The notes under the pieces are model-generated. The model made no database searches. It saw only the letters and a list, made by a program, of their open reading frames with translations, and was not told where the DNA came from. Shown here one piece after another: positions 29,323 through 37,520 of a DNA stretch of 64,000 bases. Origin of the DNA: Candidatus Kryptoniota bacterium (GTDB lineage Bacteria; Bacteroidota; Ignavibacteria; Kryptoniales; JAKASW01); the NCBI GenBank assembly GCA_046706745.1, contig JBJKPC010000054.1:15759-79758 (forward strand), read 5' to 3'. Every line of letters starts with the position of its first letter. Within the stretch, counting starts at the first letter, position 1. A program made the translations under genes and the position numbers.

Positions 29323-29366
29323 AAAAAAAATAACTCACAAACACCGTCTAAACAAGGTTAGACGGT
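29323..29366 (-). terminator. Candidate terminator of the ribosomal-protein operon
   Basis: Perfect 9-bp stem ACCGTCTAA/TTAGACGGT (29343-29366). A T8 run (minus strand) follows 12 nt later, which is non-canonical spacing. Confidence 0.3.
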
Positions 29367-29566
29367 ATGAATGAGTTGAAAATAGTGTGCCGAATCGTGA
29401 GGCCAAGAGAGACCAATTCTGCACTTTGCAAAGCCCCCACCTCATCCATCGGGGCAACTTCACCCCACAAGCGGACTAGAAGCCACAATCGGCGTTGCGG
29501 CACTGACATCCCGTTTCTCGGATCAGCGGCGCTATTTTACCCCGGATCCTTTGATCGGATCGAGCC

Positions 29567-30016
29567 CTACTCGGGTTGCTTTACTACGTTGACCCCGATC
29601 TCCGCCGTGACCTGCTGATGGAGCTTCACCGGGATCTTGTAACTGCCCAGCATCTTGATCGGTTCCTCCAGATCTATCCGCCGGCGGTCTACTTCGACCC
29701 CTTTCTCAGCCAGTTTCTCGGCAATCATCTGCGACGTGACCGAGCCGAAGAGCTTGTCCTCTTCACCCGCCTGGACTTCGATTGTAATCTCGATACCGTT
29801 CAGGGTTCCCGCCAGCGTCTCCGCGTCGTGGATCTCACGGTTGACTTTGGCCTGGTAAGCTTTCTTTTCATTCTCGATCATCTTCAGATAGCCCGGTGCA
29901 TACGGATACGCCACTTTTTGAGGAATGAGATAATTCCTCGCATAGCCGTCGCGAACATCGACGACCTTGCCGATTTCACCGAGTCCTTCTGTATTTTTTC
30001 TTAGGATTACTTTCAT
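29567..30016 (-). CDS. rplI: 50S ribosomal protein L9
   Basis: 'MKVILRKNTEGLGEIGKVVDVRDGYARNYLIPQKVA'. Confidence 0.95.
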   Translation of the reverse strand: MKVILRKNTEGLGEIGKVVDVRDGYARNYLIPQKVAYPYAPGYLKMIENEKKAYQAKVNREIHDAETLAGTLNGIEITIEVQAGEEDKLFGSVTSQMIAEKLAEKGVEVDRRRIDLEEPIKMLGSYKIPVKLHQQVTAEIGVNVVKQPE

Positions 30017-30134
30017 AAGAACTCCCTGTTAAAAGCTGTAAACAGTAATTAGTAAGAAGTAAACAGGTATAAGCGCTTTCGCCGCGTTGACAATCCATGT
30101 CCCGCGCTTCCTGCTTCTTACTACCTACTGATTC

Positions 30135-30380
30135 CTATCTTATTATGTCTGAAACGAACGGCAGCAGCGCGAGATGCCGGGCTCGCTTGATTGCGAGCGC
30201 AAGCTGGCGTTGGTGCTTCGCGCAAGTCCCGGTCACCCGACGGGGGATAATCTTCCCCTGCTCCGAGGTAAATTTGACGAGACGTTTCTCATCCTTGTAG
30301 TCTATGTAAACGTCTCCGCTCTCGCAAAACCTGCAGACTTTTCTCTTCTTGATTTCTTTCACTGGTAGCACTTTTTTCAC
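30135..30380 (-). CDS. rpsR: 30S ribosomal protein S18
   Basis: '[15 protein letters not shown]...[32 protein letters not shown]'. Confidence 0.95.
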   Translation of the reverse strand: MKKVLPVKEIKKRKVCRFCESGDVYIDYKDEKRLVKFTSEQGKIIPRRVTGTCAKHQRQLALAIKRARHLALLPFVSDIIR

Positions 30381-30859
30381 TCGCTTATTTTGTGTCCATT
30401 ATTCCTCAACAAATCGGCCTCTTCACTCGTCAGAAAACGGTCAAACGATTCGTCAGTAAAACTTGATGGCTCTTCTTCCGTCCCCTGATCAGTAGCGACA
30501 TCCGAGAGATGCCCGCGCTTGTTCAGGAACTGGATCCTTCTGGCCTTGATCTCGACGATCGAGCGGTTGTGTCCGTCATCGGTCTTCCAGTTCCTGCTTT
30601 GAAGCTCACCATCTATCAAAACGGCGCTCCCTTTCTTCAACCTGTCCCGGCAGCTGTCAGCGAGTTTATTCCAGGCAACGATGCCCACATAACAAACGTC
30701 TTCCTGCCACTGGTTTCCGCTGTCACGGAATTTCCTGTTGGAAGCAACAGTGAAATTGACGACCGGTGTACCGTTAGTCGTCTGACGGAATATCGGGTCC
30801 TTTGTAAGGTTGCCCGCAATAACGACGGAATTCATCTCGGGCATCTTTAGATCAGCCAT
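30377..30859 (-). CDS. ssb: Single-stranded DNA-binding protein (OB fold; atypical C-terminus)
   Basis: '[34 protein letters not shown]...[17 protein letters not shown]'. Sits in the rpsF-ssb-rpsR context and ends ...[11 protein letters not shown] rather than an acidic D-I-P-F-type tip. Confidence 0.85.
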   Translation of the reverse strand: MADLKMPEMNSVVIAGNLTKDPIFRQTTNGTPVVNFTVASNRKFRDSGNQWQEDVCYVGIVAWNKLADSCRDRLKKGSAVLIDGELQSRNWKTDDGHNRSIVEIKARRIQFLNKRGHLSDVATDQGTEEEPSSFTDESFDRFLTSEEADLLRNNGHKISE

Positions 30860-30896
30860 AAGTCCTCCATCAATAAGTTAGCCTTACTGTGTATTT

Positions 30897-31346
30897 TTAC
30901 GTGTCATCGCGATCCTTCGCTTCCGGAGCGGCACTGCGTCCTCCTGAGGGCCGTTGTTCTTCCGCCTGGGTCGATGGTTCCGCGTGCTCGCTCTTCGAAG
31001 CACGTTGGTGACGACGCTTCTTGACTCCGGCGCGTGCCTTCAGCATGTTCTTGTCAACGACGACGGTAAGGTGACGGATCACTTCTTCGTCGAGCCTGAA
31101 TGCCTGTTCAAGCTTCGCTACGATATCAGTCGGCGATTTATGGAGCACCTGCACGTAGAACCCGGCATTCTTCTTCTTTATGGTATACGCGAGGCGTCTT
31201 CTTCCCCAGCGGTCAACGGTTGCAACCTCTCCGCCATTCTTCACGACGAAGTCCTGATAGCGGGTGATCGCAGCCTCGACCTGACTGTCTTCCAGGTTGG
31301 AATTGACAATGAAAGTTGTCTCGTATTCTCTCAGAATGTTGTTCAG
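30897..31346 (-). CDS. rpsF: 30S ribosomal protein S6 (non-canonical start codon; long charged C-tail)
   Basis: The ORF track begins at an internal GTG (31244). The conserved N-terminus '..NNILREYETTFIVNSNLEDSQVEAAITRYQDFVVKNGGEV' lies upstream in the same frame. Only CTG/ATT codons occur after the in-frame TGA (31353-31355). GGAGG at 31356-31360 sits 9 nt before CTG 31344-31346. Confidence 0.85.
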   Translation of the reverse strand: MNNILREYETTFIVNSNLEDSQVEAAITRYQDFVVKNGGEVATVDRWGRRRLAYTIKKKNAGFYVQVLHKSPTDIVAKLEQAFRLDEEVIRHLTVVVDKNMLKARAGVKKRRHQRASKSEHAEPSTQAEEQRPSGGRSAAPEAKDRDDT

Positions 31347-31477
31347 TTTAATTCACCTCCCTTGGTCAATTTGGCCGTCCATTGGTGAAATTCCCGACAC
31401 AACTTGCCCAGTGTGGGAACAGCGTTCAGGAACGGCAGTTTATACGCATTTATGAATTTTCGTTTCATTATGTACAA

Positions 31478-32047
31478 TCAATTGAACTTGTTCATCGCAG
31501 TCTGAATGCCCGAACGGACGAATGTCAAGACAGCCTCGGCCGCTTTCTCCGTCATCGCATCCACATCGGCAAGTTCGTCCCGTTCGAATTTCGAAAGGAC
31601 AAACCCAGCCATGTCTCTCCCCGGCACGACTTCGCCGGTGCCGATTCCGCATCTTAGTCTAGGAAAGCTGTCGTCGTTCAGGTGATAGATAATCGAATAA
31701 ATCCCGTTGTGACCGCCGTCGCTTCCTCCTTTGCGGAGTCTGAGCTTGCCCAGCGGAATATTGAAATCGTCATATACGACCAGGAGGTCCTCGAGGACCA
31801 CACCGAATCTATCCAACGCATCACTTACCGCGACTCCACTGTCGTTCATGAAAGTCGTGGGCTTCAGGAGTGTCACGTCTTCACCTGCATGCCGGATTCC
31901 GACGTAATAGTATTCGCCTTTGCCCGGGGAAAAAGTCTTCCGAAGCTTCGACGCAATCAGGTCTACGACCATGAATCCCACGTTATGCCGCGTCGACTCA
32001 TATTCGCGTCCCGGATTACCAAGGCCGATTATCATCTTCCTGCCCAA
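31478..32047 (-). CDS. pth: Peptidyl-tRNA hydrolase
   Basis: 'MIIGLGNPGREYESTRHNVGF', 'GGHNG'. The start is either TTG 32047 or ATG 32035. Confidence 0.9.
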   Translation of the reverse strand: MGRKMIIGLGNPGREYESTRHNVGFMVVDLIASKLRKTFSPGKGEYYYVGIRHAGEDVTLLKPTTFMNDSGVAVSDALDRFGVVLEDLLVVYDDFNIPLGKLRLRKGGSDGGHNGIYSIIYHLNDDSFPRLRCGIGTGEVVPGRDMAGFVLSKFERDELADVDAMTEKAAEAVLTFVRSGIQTAMNKFN

Positions 32048-32098
32048 CCGGCCAGGTCCCTCATACAGATCGTCATCTTTCGCAGGGAAGTACTCAGC

Positions 32099-32764
32099 TT
32101 ACTTCTTTTCCTTCTCTTCGGACTCGCCTTCTTCAGGCTTCTTCGTCTTCCCTATCACCTCCGGCTCTGCAGGGACCTCGCCTACCGCTGCTTCAGCAGC
32201 TTCGGGGACTTCTTCCTTGAGAGCGGGCGGCGGCACGATGCTAACAATTGAAGAGTCAGGATTATCAAGTATCTTGACCCCTTCCAGTTTGACATCTTTT
32301 ATGTGGATAGAGTCGGCGACGCCGAGCTCGGAAACATCCACCATCACATGTTCCGGAACATTTTCCGGGTCGCACTGAATTCTTATTCTGTGGATTGAGT
32401 GCTGAAGAATTCCGCCGTCCTTGACGCCTTTAGCTGATCCGACAACGCGAACGGGAATATCGACTATTATCTTTTCACCCTCTTTTATACCTCGCAGGTC
32501 GAAATGCATTATTCCGCCATGTACAGGGTCGAATTGCACGTCGGTCAGGATCGCACGCGATTCACTCCCGTCCTGAAACTTCACTCTTATTACGTGCGTC
32601 GTATGGGATCGCATCAGGGTGAGTATCGGAGCAGCGCTGGTTTGCAGCGTAACATTCTTATCACCCAGGTAGAAGACGCCCGGGATCTTCTTTTCGGCAT
32701 AGAGTCTCTTCGCCTTCTTACCCATCAACGTCCTATTCTCAACATTCAGAACGAACTCTTCCAT
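32099..32764 (-). CDS. rplY: 50S ribosomal protein L25 / general stress protein Ctc
   Basis: 'GKKAKRLYAEKKIPGVFY', 'DVQFDPVHGGIMHFDL', acidic/Lys-rich C-tail. Confidence 0.9.
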   Translation of the reverse strand: MEEFVLNVENRTLMGKKAKRLYAEKKIPGVFYLGDKNVTLQTSAAPILTLMRSHTTHVIRVKFQDGSESRAILTDVQFDPVHGGIMHFDLRGIKEGEKIIVDIPVRVVGSAKGVKDGGILQHSIHRIRIQCDPENVPEHVMVDVSELGVADSIHIKDVKLEGVKILDNPDSSIVSIVPPPALKEEVPEAAEAAVGEVPAEPEVIGKTKKPEEGESEEKEKK

Positions 32765-32773
32765 TTTATCCTC

Positions 32774-33706
32774 TTACTTGATTTCGAATAATGAACTGAT
32801 CGATTCGTTTTGGTATGTTCGCCGAATCGCCTCTGCAAACAGCCTTGCCACCGACTCAACCTCGATCTTCTCGGAATTACGTTTGAGAGGTACCGTGTCA
32901 CTGACGATGAGCTTCTTCAACGGACTGCTCTCTATCCTCTCGTACGCCTTCCCGCTGAAGATGGGATGCGTGCACGCGCCGTAGATTTCATTTACCCCGG
33001 CTGCCCTGAGCGCATTGACGCCCGCCACAAAAGTACCGGCGGTGTCAATCAAATCGTCCACGATCAGGACGTTCTTCCCTTTCACATCGCCGATTATGTT
33101 CACGACCTCCGCGACGTTTGCCTTCGGACGCCGCTTATCTATCAGGACAAGATCGGCCTCGAGACGGGTCGCGTACGCGCGGGCAAATTTGATGCCCCCT
33201 ACATCCGGCGAGACGACGACCAGGTTTGGAATCTTGAGGTCTTTGATGCGCTTGACAAAAACTGCTGAAGAGTACAGGTGATCCACAGGTATGTCGAAAA
33301 ACCCCTGTATCTGCGCCGCATGGAGGTCCATTGTGAGAACCCGGTCCGCGCCTGCCCCTGTCAGCAGGTTGGCAACCAGCTTTGAAGAGATGGCCACGCG
33401 TGGCTGGTCCTTTCTGTCTTGACGGGCGTAGCCGAAATATGGAATGACCGCCGTGATTCGCGAAGCCGAAGCTCTCTTCGCCGCGTCGATCATGATGAGA
33501 AGCTCCATAAGATTGTCGGCCGGAGGGCAAGTACTCTGGATGATAAATACATCGGCCCCTCGGATATTATCGGAGTACTTAACCCATATCTCGCCGTCGC
33601 TGAAGTTTACTATCTCCCTCTCGCCGAGAGGTTCTCCGATTTCGCGTGCAATCCTCTCCGACAGAGCAGGATTGCTTCTACCTGAAAATATCTTTATGCC
33701 ATCCAT
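32774..33706 (-). CDS. prs: Ribose-phosphate pyrophosphokinase
   Basis: 'IFSGRSNPALSERIA', 'YFGYARQDRK', 'DLHAAQIQGFFDIPVDHL', 'VLIVDDLIDTAGT'. Confidence 0.95.
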   Translation of the reverse strand: MDGIKIFSGRSNPALSERIAREIGEPLGEREIVNFSDGEIWVKYSDNIRGADVFIIQSTCPPADNLMELLIMIDAAKRASASRITAVIPYFGYARQDRKDQPRVAISSKLVANLLTGAGADRVLTMDLHAAQIQGFFDIPVDHLYSSAVFVKRIKDLKIPNLVVVSPDVGGIKFARAYATRLEADLVLIDKRRPKANVAEVVNIIGDVKGKNVLIVDDLIDTAGTFVAGVNALRAAGVNEIYGACTHPIFSGKAYERIESSPLKKLIVSDTVPLKRNSEKIEVESVARLFAEAIRRTYQNESISSLFEIK

Positions 33707-33868
33707 CGATTACTCTTGTTGTTCGCCGGCACGTAAGGATCCTCCGCGGGTGGCGGATATGGATGTCTCCTGACCGTAGACACCTTACCATCCGGCAATA
33801 GCCTGGATATGTCAGATTCGTCGGCAGTGCTGGCGCGCGTCGCTTACCGCTCGCTCGGCACTCGTCAA

Positions 33869-33910
33869 AGTCCATTTACGCTGGGGCGGCAGGATTCGAA
33901 CCTACGAATG
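33869..33910 (-). repeat. 42-bp perfect direct repeat, downstream copy (tRNA-Gln 3' half + 12 nt trailer)
   Basis: agtccatttacgctggggcggcaggattcgaacctacgaatg is identical to 34189-34230 (compared base by base). Confidence 0.95.
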
Positions 33911-33958
33911 TCCCGACTACAATCTTGTAGTCGGGATGCCTTACCACTCGGCTACGCC
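33881..33958 (-). other. tRNA-Gln-derived tRNA-like element (anticodon arm replaced by an 11-bp hairpin; acceptor 5' strand damaged)
   Basis: Minus strand: ATAGGCG-TA-GCCGAGTGGTAAGGC-A-[TCCCGACTACA-AGAT-TGTAGTCGGGA]-CATTC-GTAGGTTCGAATCCTGC-CGCCCCA. The D-arm and T-arm match tRNA-Gln. A 26-nt perfect hairpin (33911-33936) replaces the 17-nt anticodon arm. Only 4 of 7 acceptor pairs remain. Confidence 0.6.
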
Positions 33959-34188
33959 TATCATTTTCAGAAACCTAGCGGTCCCTTTGAGGCTCTTTAC
34001 TTCTCTTTCCCGCCTCATCGCTTCCGCTCGTGTCTCATATTTCTCAAAGTACACTATCGACCAAGGCCTGTGGCCCCTTGTCGACCTGACTCTTCCTTCG
34101 TTATGCCTCTTGAGCCGATCTGAGAGGTCGCCGGTCTGTCCAACGTAGTACCTCTCCACTGTCTGACTCCTTAGCACATATACAAAGT

Positions 34189-34195
<7 letters not shown>
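33941..34195 (-). CDS. Minimal GIY-YIG nuclease-domain protein (84 aa)
   Basis: 'YFVYVLRS...RYYVGQTGDLSDRLKRHNEG...WSIVYFEKYETRAEAMRREREVK' gives the GIY / YIG / R / E catalytic pattern. The ATG lies 5 nt after the tRNA-Gln 3' end, inside the 42-bp repeat. The last 7 codons and the stop read through the pseudo-tRNA D-arm. Confidence 0.85.
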
Positions 34196-34272
<77 letters not shown>

Positions 34273-34413
34273 ATAGGATTCTTTGAAAGAAACCCGCCGC
34301 ACGCCACTTCAGAAGCGTAGCGGCATAAAATATACTTCGCTAAAGTGATAAAATCAAAGGTCGCTTGAGTTCCACGCCTGTGCCCCGCCCCACTCCTCGA
34401 ATATGGGCCAAAT

Positions 34414-34806
34414 TCAGTTCGAATCGCAGATAGCGTCGGCCTCTATCTCTATCAGCATCGCGCGATCTATCAGCGACTCAACCTCGATCATGCTGGTGGC
34501 AGGCGGGTGTCCTCCGAAATACTCACTATGCGCCCTCCCGAACTCCTTCCAGCGGGATATGTCTGTCACGAACATCCTTGTCCTGACAACGCGCGTGAGA
34601 TCGGCGCCGAGGCTCTTCAGTGCTCTTTCGATCAATTGAATGCACCTGCAGGTCTGCGCATATGCATCGCCCGGAGCGAACGGTTTGCCTTCTTCATCCA
34701 CCGCCGCAGTTCCTGTAACGTAGATATTATTACCCGCGCGAATTGCCCTGCAGTATCCCACTTCCGACTCCCAAGGGGCATCGGAGAACGCTCGTTCAAA
34801 TTCCAT
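34414..34806 (-). CDS. RidA/YjgF family protein
   Basis: 'YCRAIRAGNNIYVTGTAAVDEEG', 'VRTRMFVTDI', 'PATSMIEVESLIDRAMLIEIEADA'. Confidence 0.85.
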   Translation of the reverse strand: MEFERAFSDAPWESEVGYCRAIRAGNNIYVTGTAAVDEEGKPFAPGDAYAQTCRCIQLIERALKSLGADLTRVVRTRMFVTDISRWKEFGRAHSEYFGGHPPATSMIEVESLIDRAMLIEIEADAICDSN

Positions 34807-34848
34807 GATCTCTCGTCGTCCTTTCCGGTATCGTGACCCGTCAAAGGT

Positions 34849-35232
34849 TTACTTCATCGACCTCAGTGCAACCCTGTTGCCTTCCGTATCTTCGAAGATG
34901 CCCATGTAGCCGTACTCCGGGGATATCTGCGTCTTCCCTTTGATCACATGCCCGCCGTTACCGTCTACCCTGTCGAGAATGGCCTGCAAATCGGGGTTGC
35001 CGTTCAGGTATACAAGCGTACCATCATGGCTCGGTTTTTAGAATTCCTCGTATTCACAAAGGGATCCTCCAACTCCATTTCCATCGACTGGGAAGATCGC
35101 CATCTTCAAGCCGGTTCCCACCGTCATCTTCTGCATCTCAAACAAGAAAATCTGCTCGTAAAATTTCTGGGCTCTGTCAATGTCATCAACCGGTATCTCG
35201 AACCAGCTCAACGCACTTTCCATCAACTTCAT
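34849..35232 (-). pseudogene. VOC/glyoxalase-family gene interrupted by one in-frame TAA
   Basis: The N-half ORF 'MKLMESALSWFEIPVDDIDRAQKFYEQIF...GGSLCEYEEF' stops at TAA 35038-35040. The same frame continues 'KPSHDGTLVYLNGNPDLQAILDRVDGNGGHVIKGKTQISPEYGYMGIFEDTEGNRVALRSMK*', which is the expected C-half. Confidence 0.7.
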
Positions 35233-35570
35233 AATGCTTCTCCCTGACTCGTTAACGTACAGCCGTCAGCTTTCATGAGTATCTTAGTTGCCGCCATGAC
35301 ACGCACTGGCATTTCGGCTCTTTACGATGACCGTTTCCTTTGACAATTTTCAAGGAATGTATACCCGTGCCGGTCAAAAATCAACGTCCTCATGAAAAGT
35401 GGTATCAACACCATCATAAGCGGGGATCCCAATGGTTTGTATTACCCGGCGCGGCCAGATCATCGAAATTGGAATGCAGCAATTAAGAAGATCCCCGGCA
35501 ACGCTTCGCATGGGACAGGCGTTCGCCGGGGATTCGATATTTCGCACAACGGAGGAAAAGCTCCGCCCTT

Positions 35571-36374
35571 TCAGCGGTCTGAACTCGACCGGATAATGCT
35601 GATATTACCGTTCACGGTCTCGAGGACCACTCTGGCCCCCCCGTTGCCGAGCTTCGCGCGTAGCCTGTCGCCGACCCTAACGTACGAGTGCTGGTCGCTC
35701 CGGCGGGATGTTTGCAGCCCGAAATCGTCTGAAATCTTGCCCACCGTGGTGCTGGCCTCGATGTTTGCATCGGGATTTTCGGGAAGACGAAGGGTAAGGA
35801 CACCGTTGACCGATTTCATATTAATTTCGTGGCCTGATCGGAGCGCCGAGAATTCTGCATCTATCTTTCCGTTGACCGTCTTCAAGTCGCAATTTCCCTT
35901 GAGTCCATCTGTCTTTATCCATCCGTTTACCGTGGATACCGTTACGTCCCCTTTAACGCCTGCGATTTCCACCTGACCGTTCACAGTTTTGACCTCATCG
36001 AGACTTGCGCCCTTCGGAACCGTAAGCACATAGTTCACCGACATATTGTGTCCGTTATCCCCGTTCTCGTGTTTCGGATATCTCGTGTGGACCTCAACCC
36101 TGTCACTTGAAGCGTCGACTTCTATCTTCAATTTGTCAAGAGCTTCCCTGCTGTCGGCTGACTTGACAGCTTCCACTTTCACTTCGTTCTTGTCCCAGGT
36201 TGTCACCTTCACGTCGCCATTGACGTTTTCCAGGCTGACGGTGCCGCCGGCGGAGATCGCGTACGATTTCTCGAACTTCTCGGTCACCGAGCCTTTCCCG
36301 GTTGCCGCGCTTGTAGAAAAAGCCGCGAAGAGAAGGACTGTCAGCTGGACCGCGATAGACTTCCTATATCTCAT
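35571..36374 (-). CDS. DUF4097-type beta-repeat protein (putative envelope/adhesin-like), secreted
   Basis: Signal peptide, then repeated 'V..VNG.V.V' strands (LENVNGDVKVTTW, VKTVNGQVEIAGV, VSTVNGWIKTDGL, LKTVNGKIDAEF, MKSVNGVLTLRL, LETVNGNISIIR). Confidence 0.7.
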   Translation of the reverse strand: MRYRKSIAVQLTVLLFAAFSTSAATGKGSVTEKFEKSYAISAGGTVSLENVNGDVKVTTWDKNEVKVEAVKSADSREALDKLKIEVDASSDRVEVHTRYPKHENGDNGHNMSVNYVLTVPKGASLDEVKTVNGQVEIAGVKGDVTVSTVNGWIKTDGLKGNCDLKTVNGKIDAEFSALRSGHEINMKSVNGVLTLRLPENPDANIEASTTVGKISDDFGLQTSRRSDQHSYVRVGDRLRAKLGNGGARVVLETVNGNISIIRSSSDR

Positions 36375-36391
36375 TTCATTTCCCTCCTTTT

Positions 36392-37519
36392 CTAGTTTCC
36401 TGAAGAAGTCAATTTCTTTACATAGATATTTCCGGAAGAAGTGTGCAGATAGATGTCCTGTCCTCCTCCATTCATTGTGAAAACCGCTCTTCGACTGCTG
36501 GACGATTCATACGTAACGGGGAAATCGGTAACGATCCGGTCGTCGTTGCCGCCGGAAATATCAGCCTTGATCGTGACCTTCGCGTCCGGGGGCAGGTATA
36601 AATACACATCTCCGCCGCTCGACTCTATCCTGCTGCTCTGATCCCCTTCCGGCACAAGTCCAACTTTAACCGTACCTCCGGAAGAGAAAACGTTGGCGGA
36701 TCCTGTGGCTCGCAATACATTGATGTCCCCACCTGAAGTGTTTGCGCTGACTCTTCCATTTCCGGACTTCAGGCTTATGTCGCCGCCGGCGGTACTCAGC
36801 TTGACACTCCCTCCGATTTCACCGACGGATACATCCCCGCTGGAGGTAGAAGCTGTCAGATCGCCTTTGACTTCCCTGATGCTTACGTCCCCGCCTGATG
36901 TAGAAGCACGAAGGTTTCCTCCAACCGAGCCGACGGAAAGGTCACCGCCGGAGGTGGCGACAACAAGGTCTTTCGCCGTCTGCCCGACTTGAATATCACC
37001 GCCGGAGGTGACAAGATTTGCCGCGCCTCCGATATCACGCGCTATTATATCGCCGCCGGAAGTCGTACCGTCCACCTCACCTGCCACACCGTCCAGGGTC
37101 AGGTCTCCCCCAGAAGTGTGCATAGAAGCATCGCCCTCGAGCGGCCCACTGATTCTGACATCTCCGCCTGACGTATTAAGGTTGACGTTGAAACTCTTCG
37201 GCACGTAGAAGTCGAAGGAAATGTTCCTTGAGGAACCGAACCACCCCGAGGGCGGGCGATACCTGATCGCAACCGTGTTACCGTCCTGAGAGGCCTCAAG
37301 CCGTTCTGGCTCTTCACCAATGTTGCGGGCAATCATCTGGACCTGCATCTTGTCCCAGATTCGCACCGATATATCGCCGCCGCCCACACTGACGACGAGT
37401 CGGCCCCCGCTCGAAACATTAAAGTTTCTCTGTACATCCGCCGATGCCAGTTCGGTACCTGCGGCCATTGATGCCAGAAACAACACCAGAGTGGCTGACA
37501 ACGAAATCATTTTTTTCAT
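36392..37519 (-). CDS. DUF4097-type beta-helix repeat protein with more than 12 'TSGGD(I/V)' units, secreted
   Basis: Signal peptide MKKMISLSATLVLFLASMAAG. 'SGGD(V/I/L)' recurs roughly every 19-20 aa over most of the length. Confidence 0.7.
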   Translation of the reverse strand: MKKMISLSATLVLFLASMAAGTELASADVQRNFNVSSGGRLVVSVGGGDISVRIWDKMQVQMIARNIGEEPERLEASQDGNTVAIRYRPPSGWFGSSRNISFDFYVPKSFNVNLNTSGGDVRISGPLEGDASMHTSGGDLTLDGVAGEVDGTTSGGDIIARDIGGAANLVTSGGDIQVGQTAKDLVVATSGGDLSVGSVGGNLRASTSGGDVSIREVKGDLTASTSSGDVSVGEIGGSVKLSTAGGDISLKSGNGRVSANTSGGDINVLRATGSANVFSSGGTVKVGLVPEGDQSSRIESSGGDVYLYLPPDAKVTIKADISGGNDDRIVTDFPVTYESSSSRRAVFTMNGGGQDIYLHTSSGNIYVKKLTSSGN

Positions 37520-37520
37520 T

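Noticed and set aside
29349-29361. The exact 13-mer TAAACAAGGTTAG occurs both here and at 52282-52294 (lon-maeB intergenic region).
   Set aside because: In 64 kb searched on both strands, tens of exact 13-mer coincidences are expected by chance, and the flanks do not align.
33678-33875. 65-aa ORF starting with the duplicated 'ATGGAC' of the 42-bp repeat, downstream of the pseudo-tRNA.
   Set aside because: After the two repeated codons it has no GIY-YIG or other similarity, it is Arg/Cys-rich, and it overlaps the prs start region. It is most likely a by-product of the repeat.
35392-35976. 194-aa plus-strand ORF spanning the VOC/DUF4097 intergenic region and the DUF4097 gene 3' end.
   Set aside because: It is Pro/Ser/Arg-rich and antisense to a repeat protein with a clear signal peptide and motif periodicity, with no supporting features.
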